NCBI GenBank assembly: GCA_048882045.1
Contig: JBHLRZ010000003.1
Coordinates: forward strand, 96,001-160,000
Reading direction: 5' to 3'
From: Candidatus Thorarchaeota archaeon
GTDB lineage: Archaea; Asgardarchaeota; Thorarchaeia; Thorarchaeales; Thorarchaeaceae
DNA: 64,000 nt
Shown: positions 49,251 through 58,402 of the stretch, piece by piece
Position numbering within the stretch: the stretch's first letter is position 1
Layout: each line of letters starts with the position of its first letter
Made by a program: the position numbers and the translations under genes
The notes under the pieces: generated by a model
Databases searched by the model: none
The model's input: only the letters and a program-made list of their open reading frames with translations
What the model was told of the DNA's origin: nothing

Positions 49251-50378
49251 TTGGCATCTATGAAAGTGACAGACCTGCTTAGTCCAGCTGCAATAATCGA
49301 CATTGATAGATTAGATACCAACATCGAAGCAATGGCTTTGAAAGCTGAAGAGAACGGAGTGGGTCTCAGACCACACATCAAGACCCACAAATGCATTGAA
49401 ATTGGCAACCGTCAGAAGGAGGCTGGAGCCAAAGGCATCACGGTCTCTACACCTGCTGAGGCTCAAGCTTTTGCAGAAGCTGGTTTCACTGACATAACAT
49501 ATGCAGTTCCACTTGCACCTGACAAGTTCGATACAATGCTTAGTATTTCAAAGAAGGTTCATCTGAATGTGCTTGTTGACAACATCACTATAGTAGATCT
49601 GCTTGCAAAGTTCTCAACAGAAAATAATGCTGACTTCGGTGTCTTACTCAAGGTTAATTGTGGAAATTATCGGGTCGGAGTAGATCCGACAAGCCAGTCC
49701 GCTCTAAAATTGGCAGAAGAGATTTCACGCAAGCTGAACTTCGAGGGAATCCTCGCCCATGCAGGCCAATCGTATTCTGCAAGGTCAATTGGTGAGATCA
49801 AGAGAATTGCTGAGCACGAGCAAGATGTCATGATCAATTTCGCGAATTCACTGAGAGTGGAAGGTATTCAAACAAAAACCGTCAGTATCGGGTCTACTCC
49901 CACAGCAAGCTTGGCGGATTCCTTCAGAGAAGGAATTACGGAGATTAGACCTGGCAACTACGTTTTCTTCGATTACACTCAAGCTGCCTTAGGCGTCTGT
50001 GAGCTCAATGATATTGCTCTCACAGTTTTGGCGAGTGTAATCAGTACTTCACCTGGAAGGGTAATCATCGATGCTGGAGCAACAGCTCTCTCAAAGGACC
50101 TTGGTCCAACTCAGATCGATGAATCTGGCGGATATGGAAAGATCATCAAAGACTATCACACCTCCACCATTGAAGAAGAGTTCATTCTCAGCTCATTATC
50201 TCAAGAGCATGGTAAAATCAGTATAGCAACAGAACACAGTCTGAAACCGGGTGACGCTGTCAGGATATTTCCAAACCATTCTTGCCTCACAGTCAATCTC
50301 TATGATCAATACTATATTGTTCAAAATGATTCTGTGGTTGACAAGTGGAAGATTCAGCGTCAACGTCTTGCTTCATGA
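49251..50378 (+). CDS. PLP fold-III enzyme, DSD1/D-threonine aldolase-like
   Basis: RPHIKTHKC (PLP Lys), SIGSTPT, EIRPGNYVFFD, SQEHG, PNHSC. Confidence 0.9.
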   Translation: MASMKVTDLLSPAAIIDIDRLDTNIEAMALKAEENGVGLRPHIKTHKCIEIGNRQKEAGAKGITVSTPAEAQAFAEAGFTDITYAVPLAPDKFDTMLSISKKVHLNVLVDNITIVDLLAKFSTENNADFGVLLKVNCGNYRVGVDPTSQSALKLAEEISRKLNFEGILAHAGQSYSARSIGEIKRIAEHEQDVMINFANSLRVEGIQTKTVSIGSTPTASLADSFREGITEIRPGNYVFFDYTQAALGVCELNDIALTVLASVISTSPGRVIIDAGATALSKDLGPTQIDESGGYGKIIKDYHTSTIEEEFILSSLSQEHGKISIATEHSLKPGDAVRIFPNHSCLTVNLYDQYYIVQNDSVVDKWKIQRQRLAS

Positions 50379-50394
50379 TTTCTAGAGTTCTGCG

Positions 50395-51285
50395 GTGTTT
50401 TTATACAACAACACGGAAGTGACCCATGAGGGTATACTGTTGAGTAGTGGGGATATACAACTAAATGTGCTGAAGCATATCGAGAGTCTAGAAGAGGGAA
50501 TACCTCAGATCTATGGAAACATGGCTGTAACGGGTCTGAGTGACGTAAACGCAGAACTGTTCAACGGAATCATTTCGACTCAGATAGCTCTCGAAGTAGG
50601 GAACATGCAAGTTGAGGAGTCAGGTAATGTTCCGAGTCTCCGGTTCAACGCAGAACAACCAACTCTGATACGTTGCGGTGAGGGAGTTCTTGGAGGAGGT
50701 CTGCAGGACAGGATCATAGCTGAAAGCATGGTCATTGAAGGGAATCGATCTCTCAACGTGTTTTGCATTGAAGCAGGTCGATGGTCTGCAAAGACTGGAG
50801 AGTGGTTACATACAAACACACCTGTTTCAATGCGGCGGGCGATACTAGGGGGGCGAGATCAAAGGTATGTTTGGAGTGAGGTCCAGAGAATTCTTGGATC
50901 TTGGGGTGTGCACTCAGGAACCAGTGCATTAGGAGAACTCTATGTGAATCATGGATTTGCATTCGAAAAGTTAGCTACGAGATTTGATTGGTCTGACGAT
51001 GATGTGGGAATGATTGTCACAATTGATGGCAAGGTTCATGGAATAGAGATCTTTGGAGACAAGATGGGTCTGAGAAGAGACTATGCATCAATCCTCAAAG
51101 AGAGTTATGCACCAATAGCACTACAAACTGCAAGTGGAAAATCGATGTCATATGAGGATGTCCACGACGCCATCAATGAATTCTTCTCCGAACTCCATGC
51201 TGGTACTCGCTATGCACAGGTTGTGAACCACATGGAAATCTGGCTTATGCGTGTGCAGTATGAAAGTTTCACTTCAAACGATTGA
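50395..51285 (+). CDS. ARPP-1/DUF6569-family protein
   Basis: NVPSL..GE..GGGLQDRII..VFCIEAGRW..DQRYVW; start uncertain; possible frameshift near the 3' end. Confidence 0.7.
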   Translation: MFLYNNTEVTHEGILLSSGDIQLNVLKHIESLEEGIPQIYGNMAVTGLSDVNAELFNGIISTQIALEVGNMQVEESGNVPSLRFNAEQPTLIRCGEGVLGGGLQDRIIAESMVIEGNRSLNVFCIEAGRWSAKTGEWLHTNTPVSMRRAILGGRDQRYVWSEVQRILGSWGVHSGTSALGELYVNHGFAFEKLATRFDWSDDDVGMIVTIDGKVHGIEIFGDKMGLRRDYASILKESYAPIALQTASGKSMSYEDVHDAINEFFSELHAGTRYAQVVNHMEIWLMRVQYESFTSND

Positions 51286-51979
51286 CGATCTTGTGTCCAC
51301 AGTAAGGACAAGTTTCCTCTTCACCAGGTAAAACAGGCGCGTCCAGCTTACCATCACAATTTGGACACTCAGTGATTGCCTTAGGAAGCTGTGATACGGC
51401 TTCTTGTGTATAGATTACACGTGAGTTCTCATCAATCACTCCCCTGAACTTTCCTGACTTTGATAGCTCTTTCATTGCGTCGACGATTTGTTCATCGGAA
51501 GCTTCTGTAACTTTCGAAATCTGGTCAAAGGTCATTCTTCTCTGAGCATAGAGAAGGTGCAGGAGACTCTCCTTTAATGACACAGCCTTGGGACTGACTA
51601 TCTCATAAGCGGCTCGATCAAGATAGACCAGAGGTATACGACGAGTTGCAAGCTTCTCAGCAGCATCAGCGACTGTTTCAGAATCCACATCTAGCTCCTT
51701 AGCAGCAGCGTCGACACTGATTCTACCCTCCTTCTGGACAAGAGAAATCAAGTCTCCCGATACATCACCGATTCGAGCTTCACGAGTTCCTTTGGCAATC
51801 AACCAAAGACCAGCAATCAGCTCAGGAAGTGCAAGGATTGACCAGGCAATCATACCAGATGCAATCAGCGTCATGATTTCACCACCAACAGTCATCGTAC
51901 TCTGATAGACAATCAGAGTCATTGCTCCGCACACAATCACGAGTATGATGCCTAGAAACTGCGCAAGTCTTGGATTCAC
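51269..51979 (-). CDS. two-TM protein with tandem PCI-like winged helices and a C-terminal zinc ribbon
   Basis: RMTFDQISK..IVDAMKELSKSGKFRGVIDENSRVI; CPNC..CPYC. Confidence 0.72.
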   Translation of the reverse strand: MNPRLAQFLGIILVIVCGAMTLIVYQSTMTVGGEIMTLIASGMIAWSILALPELIAGLWLIAKGTREARIGDVSGDLISLVQKEGRISVDAAAKELDVDSETVADAAEKLATRRIPLVYLDRAAYEIVSPKAVSLKESLLHLLYAQRRMTFDQISKVTEASDEQIVDAMKELSKSGKFRGVIDENSRVIYTQEAVSQLPKAITECPNCDGKLDAPVLPGEEETCPYCGHKIVNRLK

Positions 51980-52186
51980 GTCACTCTCTCTCCGACCTTT
52001 TCAGAAATGTGGAACCAATTATAGATTCCGACTCACGAAATCATGGAAAATTGGCCAATAAGGGGAATTTTCATCAAAAATGGAGCCCATTAAGTACAAT
52101 CTCCATCTAACAGAATCCAAGCCTTCCCGACGGATAAGTTATATATACAGAGACAGAACACAAATGAAGTACAGACCCTGAAGGAC

Positions 52187-52615
52187 GTGTATGAATCTTT
52201 GGTGATTGATAAAGAAGGGGCTACGAGTGCTATCATTCTACATCTGACACCCGGTGAACCGGTTGTCTTTCCAGCTGAATTTGTGGCAGATATAGGGGAA
52301 AAAGCAGGGCTAGTGGTCATGCACCACAAAGACCGCGTCGTCAAAATCTTCCCTGTTGCCAATGAGGACATCTATCTGCTCAGGATCGAGATAAGTGATC
52401 TGTCTCGTAACTTCTTGAAGCAGCTGAACTTTGCGTTCAACGACGCCAAGCTGAGTGACATCATATTCACCACCGGCGTATGTCTTCGTGGCGAGAGATG
52501 CTACTATGAGTGCTACTTCATTCCAGACCAACTGGTTGTGACACTCAACGAGCTTGAAGACAGCCTGAAGAAGATTCCTGGAGTTTCCAGAGTCGTCTTG
52601 AGAAAGGTCGCATAA
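52187..52615 (+). CDS. hypothetical protein with ACT-like C-terminal domain
   Basis: LRIEISD..FLKQL...LEDSLKKIPGVSRV pattern. Confidence 0.65.
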   Translation: MYESLVIDKEGATSAIILHLTPGEPVVFPAEFVADIGEKAGLVVMHHKDRVVKIFPVANEDIYLLRIEISDLSRNFLKQLNFAFNDAKLSDIIFTTGVCLRGERCYYECYFIPDQLVVTLNELEDSLKKIPGVSRVVLRKVA

Positions 52616-52750
52616 TCCGATGTCGATGGACCGTAAGGACGGTCTAGAGCGGTAGTTGTGCCCAAAGAATCGACCTTACTAGGTCCAGAGAGAGCCTCTG
52701 CCCTTGGTATGAGGCTCACTATGCCTTTTTGTTTAACTATAAACAAGGGT

Positions 52751-53152
52751 TTACATGTCATCCTTATTAGTTGAAACGAAATCAGTGTTGTAGAGATAAG
52801 AGATTGTTGTAATCATAGGAACAATGAATAGCAGAGAGTAAAGAACTCTAAACGCGTTGATAGTGATAACATAATCAACAAGAAATGTCATAGCAATCCC
52901 TAAACAGTTATAGAGAATATGGAACAAGAGCCAGTTTTTGGTCCGCTTTCTGTCAGGTTCTGTGTCTATTTCGAAAGCAGATATGAGAGCCAACATTCCA
53001 ATCAGATGTTGAGCAGGAGCTATGCCTGAAAAAAGAACATTGACTTCAGGAATCAGTCTAAGAAACATACCAGATAGTAACAAAATTCCTTGAAACACGA
53101 AAATAGCTGTGTAATATCGTTTTGATCCCTGTTGGTCGTTGATTTCCTCCAT
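52751..53152 (-). CDS. hypothetical four-TM membrane protein
   Basis: hydrophobic 133-aa ORF. Confidence 0.65.
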   Translation of the reverse strand: MEEINDQQGSKRYYTAIFVFQGILLLSGMFLRLIPEVNVLFSGIAPAQHLIGMLALISAFEIDTEPDRKRTKNWLLFHILYNCLGIAMTFLVDYVITINAFRVLYSLLFIVPMITTISYLYNTDFVSTNKDDM

Positions 53153-53189
53153 GTTCTAGGGTTGAACATTCATGAAGATATTTTCTTTT

Positions 53190-54026
53190 CTACAAGAGTT
53201 CCAAACCTTCTTTCCTGAGCTCCCTATAATTCCGGAGGTTGTCTGGAATGTAGGCATCCAGGAACACGTTCAGTATGTTCTCTGAATCTCGCTCGATTCC
53301 ATAGCTCTTGAAGTACTTGAGAACATTCTTGATGTCTCGACGAAGCATAAGCTCAACCTTGTTCATGTCTGACCACTTGTTGACAACCTCACCTTGTGGC
53401 ATGTCAATGATCCATGGACTATCCTGCCACCAGAGGATGTTGTAACCACTAAGGTCCCCATGAACGTAATGTGCTTCGCTGTACATGAGAAGATACTGGT
53501 CTAGAACCTCGTTCATCACAGCCTCTGGATCTTCAAGCTCTACTTCACGGAGTTGTGGTGCTGGATTTTCTCCATCACCAATGAACCTCATAGTGAGATA
53601 GTTTGCAACCCGTGAGATAGGAGTAGGAACCCTGACTCCAGCCTTGTAGCAGGCCTGAAGAATGTCGAACTCCTGAACTGCTATGTCCTCCACAAGACCA
53701 AGAATCCATCTTGTCTTCTTTCCACTGGACTCACGGATGTATCCTTTGCCCATTGATAGCTTGTGGGGAGTAGCCCAGAGTCGATAGGCCTTTAGGATGA
53801 TAGGATGGTCATTCCATGTAGCAAGAAAGATTGAGGCCTCCTTTCCTGCACTCATAGGATAAAGCACATCGTGAGCCAGTCCAAACCGGATTGCATCATC
53901 ACGGATCTCCTTGAACTTCGGTTCTTCGATTGTGGCTTTCCCGCAAGTACCACCTCGAATAGCATCACGTTTCTGATCAATAGCACTCCCTTTTGAGAGA
54001 GGATTGAACTTGTCGACACGACTCAT
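53190..54026 (-). CDS. rio1: RIO1-family atypical Ser/Thr kinase (paralogue B)
   Basis: SAGKEASIF, VHGDLSGYNIL, IIDMPQ, LRRDIKNV. Confidence 0.88.
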   Translation of the reverse strand: MSRVDKFNPLSKGSAIDQKRDAIRGGTCGKATIEEPKFKEIRDDAIRFGLAHDVLYPMSAGKEASIFLATWNDHPIILKAYRLWATPHKLSMGKGYIRESSGKKTRWILGLVEDIAVQEFDILQACYKAGVRVPTPISRVANYLTMRFIGDGENPAPQLREVELEDPEAVMNEVLDQYLLMYSEAHYVHGDLSGYNILWWQDSPWIIDMPQGEVVNKWSDMNKVELMLRRDIKNVLKYFKSYGIERDSENILNVFLDAYIPDNLRNYRELRKEGLELL

Positions 54027-54817
54027 ATTCGTGCGACCTCCTCAGCGAAGTGCCTCTGGTTATGTGGAACATACTCTGACAGAAAGACATCGAGTATCTC
54101 ATCAGGGTTTCGTCTAATCCCATACTTCTTGAAGTACGATAGGACATTGACTATGTCTCGTCTGAGTAATGACACTATGTTCTTCATGTCAGACCATGGT
54201 CCGACCTTGCAAGCCTGTGGCATGTCAATGATCCAAGGACTATTCTGCCACCAGAGGATATTGTAACTACTCAAGTCCCCATGCACATAATTGGCATCCC
54301 GATACATGAGGAGATAATCGTCAAGTATCTTGTCCAATACAAGATCGGGTTCCTCAAGCTGGACATTTCGCAATTGGGGTGCAGGTTCTAGACCGTCACC
54401 AATGAAACGCATTGTGAGATAGTTGCCCACTCTACCGATTGGAGTTGGTACTTTCATACCTGCCTTGAAACAAGCACTGAGTAGGTCATACTCCTTTGCA
54501 GCCAAGACCTGCATTCTCCCAGGAGCGAAGAATCCTTTCTTTTTCTTTGCCTGAGATGTGTTCCAGAACCTGAATGCTTTGAGGATGATGGGATGATCCT
54601 TCCACATTGCCAAGAATATCGAGGCTTCTTTCCCTGCGTTCATCTGGTACAATATCTCAGTAGCCAAGCCAAACTTGACAGCGTCTTCCTTCACTTCATC
54701 CAGAGTGATCTCACTGATCTGGACTGTCCATCCTCTCTGATTACCTCGCTGGGCATCTCTCTTAATGGAGAGGGCATCAGGCTTTCTCGGATTGAGCTTC
54801 TCAACCACTCCGGCCAT
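54023..54817 (-). CDS. rio1: RIO1-family atypical Ser/Thr kinase (paralogue A)
   Basis: NAGKEASIF, VHGDLSSYNIL, IIDMPQ, LRRDIVNV; GAGGTG RBS. Confidence 0.88.
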   Translation of the reverse strand: MAGVVEKLNPRKPDALSIKRDAQRGNQRGWTVQISEITLDEVKEDAVKFGLATEILYQMNAGKEASIFLAMWKDHPIILKAFRFWNTSQAKKKKGFFAPGRMQVLAAKEYDLLSACFKAGMKVPTPIGRVGNYLTMRFIGDGLEPAPQLRNVQLEEPDLVLDKILDDYLLMYRDANYVHGDLSSYNILWWQNSPWIIDMPQACKVGPWSDMKNIVSLLRRDIVNVLSYFKKYGIRRNPDEILDVFLSEYVPHNQRHFAEEVARI

Positions 54818-55142
54818 TATGCCACCTCATACTGACTGAAACGACACCCATGGCTTAAGCCTGGTACGTGCTGCAAGAGAGGAGCTTTCCGCTTCTCTGG
54901 ACTCTTTTTGTCCGAACGTCTGCTTTCACCGGCACCGTTGTTAGTTGTCGATGACCGGTTTACTTTGTGATTGTTAGTATACAACTTTTGTTTCACTCTC
55001 ATCGGCTGAGCGTCACGCATCATAATTCGTAGCACAATAGAACCACAAGAAGTCGAAACCCACAACATACGTTGTGCCTCAATGGCATTCAAACACGATG
55101 CGTAGAATGAATGAATGAGCACACAGAAGCAGCGAAAGTCAG

Positions 55143-55199
55143 TCAGACTTTCTCAACGTCGGTGCGGATCACAACTACAGTTTCTTCTCTTACAATCAT
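55143..55199 (-). other. putative 18-aa leader ORF (MIVREETVVVIRTDVEKV)
   Basis: strong GGAGGTG RBS about 10 nt upstream; lies at the head of the long leader of the rio operon. Confidence 0.35.
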
Positions 55200-55395
55200 G
55201 TGTTCAAAGCACCTCCGTTAACCAATTGATTCGAGTTCGAGATTGGAAGTATATAGGGTTTCCGGTCACAGTAGGAATAGTCGATTGAAACCACAGCCCA
55301 TAGGGAAGGATTTATCTCCAATACACGCCGCCGTTTCACGCTTTCCGCGTGAGAGTTTAGCTATCCTTAACGCATCGATTGGATGATGAAGTAAA

Positions 55396-57102
55396 ATGGC
55401 AAACCCTACCAACCCATTGATAGTACAGTCAGACAAGTCAGTCCTTTTAGAGGTGGATAATCCTCTGTATGAAGATGCTAGGGACTCATTGGCTCGCTTT
55501 GCAGAACTTGTGAAGAGCCCAGAATATGTTCACACATACCGAGTGACTCCACTCAGTCTCTGGAACGCTGCAGCAATGGGAATGACTCCAGAAGAGGTCA
55601 TTAGAGCCCTGGAGGAGTTTGCTAAATATCCAATTCCGAGTAATATCTCAAGAGAGATTGTAGACTATATGTCAAGATATGGTCAACTCTCATTGTACAA
55701 GGAAGGACCAGACCTCCTTCTTTTGGCTGAAGAAGAAGATCTCGCTGAAGAGATATGGGCTAGCAAGAAACTCCAAGAATACTTCTTAGAACGAATAGAT
55801 GAGGTTACTATTCGTGTAGACCCTGCTCAACGAGGGTTCCTTAAACATGCATTACTTGAGCTAGGACATCCAGTCGAAGACATCGCAGGATATGTTGAGG
55901 GCGAGCATCTTCCATTTGAGATTCGTGAAATGACCCTCGAGGGCAAGAAGTGGGGACTTCGTGCCTATCAAGAGGATGCAGTTGCTATCTTCCACGCTGG
56001 CGGAGGAGTGAGGGGCGGTTCCGGTGTTGTTGTACTTCCATGTGGTGCTGGAAAGACAATGGTAGGCATTGGAGCAATGTACAAGCTCCAGACATCGACA
56101 ATCATCTTGTGTCCGAATGTAGTTGCAGTCAGACAATGGATCGCAGAACTTCTTGACAAGACCACTCTTCAGCCAGAGGACATTGGAGAATACACAGGCG
56201 ACAACAAGGAAATCCGACCAGTTACAGTGGCAACTTACCAGATCCTCACGTGGAGAAAGTCCAGGGAGGACAAGTTCCCTCACTTCCAATTGTTTGATGC
56301 TCGAAACTGGGGACTCATCATCTATGATGAGGTGCACCTACTTCCTGCACCAGTATTTCGGGTAACTGCAACCATTCAAGCCACAAGACGACTGGGTCTG
56401 ACTGCAACGCTGGTTCGAGAGGATGAGAAAGAGGAGGATGTGTTCAGCCTCATCGGTCCGAAAAGATTTGACATGCCGTGGAAGCAGTTGGAGGATCAAG
56501 GATGGATTGCAACAGCAGTATGCTACGAGATTAGACTTGAGCTTCCTGATGATATGCGACGTACATATGCCTTGGCTGAAGACCGGAAAAAATACAGAAT
56601 TGCAGCTGAGAATCCGAAGAAGATAGACATCATCCATAAGCTCCTAGAATACCATGTCGGAGACAATGTTCTTGTCATTGGAATGTACTTGGACCAGTTG
56701 AAGGAGATTGCAGACGTTGTAGACGCGCCATTGATTACAGGCAAGACATCCAATGATGAAAGGCAACGCCTCTATGAGGCATTCCGAGAGGGAAAAGAGA
56801 AGATACTCATTGTTTCGAAGGTTGCAAACTTTGCACTAGACCTCCCTGACGCAAACGTTGCCATCCAAGTATCGGGAACTTTCGGGTCGCGTCAGGAAGA
56901 GGCCCAACGATTGGGAAGGATTCTGAGACCCAAGACAGATGGCTCGTTCGCTCGTTTCTACTCACTCATTACAAAAGACACACGTGACATGGACTTTGCA
57001 GCAAAGCGTCAGCTCTTCCTCACTGAGCAGGGATACCAGTATGTTATTGCTTCTGCTGACGAGAAGGTCTGGGAAACTCCTCCTGAGAGTTTCTTCAACT
57101 AG
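55396..57102 (+). CDS. xpb: XPB/Rad25 SF2 DNA helicase with N-terminal Helicase_C_3 domain
   Basis: PCGAGKT, DEVH, LGLTAT, REDE, SRQEEAQRLGRILRPK, RQLFLTEQGY. Confidence 0.95.
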   Translation: MANPTNPLIVQSDKSVLLEVDNPLYEDARDSLARFAELVKSPEYVHTYRVTPLSLWNAAAMGMTPEEVIRALEEFAKYPIPSNISREIVDYMSRYGQLSLYKEGPDLLLLAEEEDLAEEIWASKKLQEYFLERIDEVTIRVDPAQRGFLKHALLELGHPVEDIAGYVEGEHLPFEIREMTLEGKKWGLRAYQEDAVAIFHAGGGVRGGSGVVVLPCGAGKTMVGIGAMYKLQTSTIILCPNVVAVRQWIAELLDKTTLQPEDIGEYTGDNKEIRPVTVATYQILTWRKSREDKFPHFQLFDARNWGLIIYDEVHLLPAPVFRVTATIQATRRLGLTATLVREDEKEEDVFSLIGPKRFDMPWKQLEDQGWIATAVCYEIRLELPDDMRRTYALAEDRKKYRIAAENPKKIDIIHKLLEYHVGDNVLVIGMYLDQLKEIADVVDAPLITGKTSNDERQRLYEAFREGKEKILIVSKVANFALDLPDANVAIQVSGTFGSRQEEAQRLGRILRPKTDGSFARFYSLITKDTRDMDFAAKRQLFLTEQGYQYVIASADEKVWETPPESFFN

Positions 57103-58058
57103 AGAAGTTTCTTCAATCGTTCAATCTTCGATCGTGTGTACTCAATTACAGCTACGCGAACTCGAGGAGTACTTAGATTTGGTTCGACGCAACCAGCCTC
57201 CATTGAGAGAAGACGTTCTATTGACCAAATGATGATGTAGGAGAGAGCAATGGGTCTCAGTTGTGTAACCATCTCTGCATCATCCCTGTCAAGTAATCCT
57301 GGAATAGGCATAATTTCGGAAGTGGCAGGAGTTTCATGGAAGAATGCCAAGTCATAGAATCTGTTCCCAATGACACAATCTTCGAAATCAAGGAGCACAA
57401 CCTTGTCCGATTGAATGACAATATTCGGAAACCAGAGATCGCCATGCATAACTGAGGAGGTCCAACGACCCAAAGAGTCTGCATGGGACTGAACCATTGG
57501 CAATAGTTCACTGAGGGACGTGTTTAGTTGAGATACTACCTTTGAACAGCTTCTGAGAAACTCGTGTGAACTGATTCGGGAGTGAGTAGCACTGAGAAAT
57601 GATGCAGGAGAATGATAATCTCTTAGGCCTGCAGGTTTCCCTCGATAAAGAATTTTGAGACTCTCCTTCAGAAGGCTGATGTCATAGTCTGAGAATTGCT
57701 CGACAGATTGATGAATATCTCCCTCAACATATTCGAAGATGATGAATGGTGTTTCATTCTTGTCCGGGAGTGTTCCTATGGATAATGGGGAAGCCGCGAT
57801 GCCCAATCTGTTGTAGTAGTGTGAGATGTCAAAGAGTGATTTGTAATAGTTGGGATTTTGCTTAGAAACACGCCAAGGCAGTTTCAGTACAAAGTTGCCA
57901 TCAGCATATTGACCACGTATATTGATGTTCGACCATCCTCCAAGTGTGGATATGTCTAATGACATAGTAGAATCGAAGATAGCACATGATTCTGATAGTA
58001 GACTCTGTATTTCATAGATGGTATGTCCATGAACTTTGAACAAATGGCGCTCCTTCAT
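57099..58058 (-). CDS. aminoglycoside phosphotransferase/choline kinase-like protein
   Basis: GGWSN, FVLK, HGDLWFPNI, LLDFED; start inferred. Confidence 0.8.
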   Translation of the reverse strand: MKERHLFKVHGHTIYEIQSLLSESCAIFDSTMSLDISTLGGWSNINIRGQYADGNFVLKLPWRVSKQNPNYYKSLFDISHYYNRLGIAASPLSIGTLPDKNETPFIIFEYVEGDIHQSVEQFSDYDISLLKESLKILYRGKPAGLRDYHSPASFLSATHSRISSHEFLRSCSKVVSQLNTSLSELLPMVQSHADSLGRWTSSVMHGDLWFPNIVIQSDKVVLLDFEDCVIGNRFYDLAFFHETPATSEIMPIPGLLDRDDAEMVTQLRPIALSYIIIWSIERLLSMEAGCVEPNLSTPRVRVAVIEYTRSKIERLKKLL

Positions 58059-58114
58059 TTCTGGAGTGGATGAATCATGACAACTTCTAAAAGGCTGTCG
58101 GAAATCGCCTGTCC

Positions 58115-58402
58115 ATGAACGGGAGAGACCTACTTCTAATTCTAACACACCTATTCAGAAAGAAAGGCAACCCTGTTCGTATAGAGGATGCAGTTGAGTT
58201 CATATCATTCCGTTGTAGGTATGGTACACCGAGTATGGTACGAAGGATCCTCACCATCGGAACTGAGAATGAGATGATTGTTAGAGAGAATGACTGCATC
58301 AAAGCAGAATTTCTATACGACAAACAAATTCTGTCACCCAATCTCGTTGAGATGTTAAGAGATAATTTGACTGTTGGGAAGGAAATCGAACCGATGTCCT
58401 AG
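58115..58402 (+). CDS. small archaeal protein, DUF2240-like
   Basis: LTHLFRKKG...ISFRCRYGTPS pattern. Confidence 0.6.
   Translation: MNGRDLLLILTHLFRKKGNPVRIEDAVEFISFRCRYGTPSMVRRILTIGTENEMIVRENDCIKAEFLYDKQILSPNLVEMLRDNLTVGKEIEPMS

Noticed and set aside
54817-55122. 101-aa ORF upstream of rio
   Set aside because: Atypical composition, no RBS or motif, and it overlaps a hairpin-rich region. Treated as leader sequence.
55336-55352. Hairpin TCACGC-TTTCC-GCGTGA sharing GCTTTCCGC with a stem in the rio leader
   Set aside because: Only two 9-nt occurrences, insufficient to call a motif.
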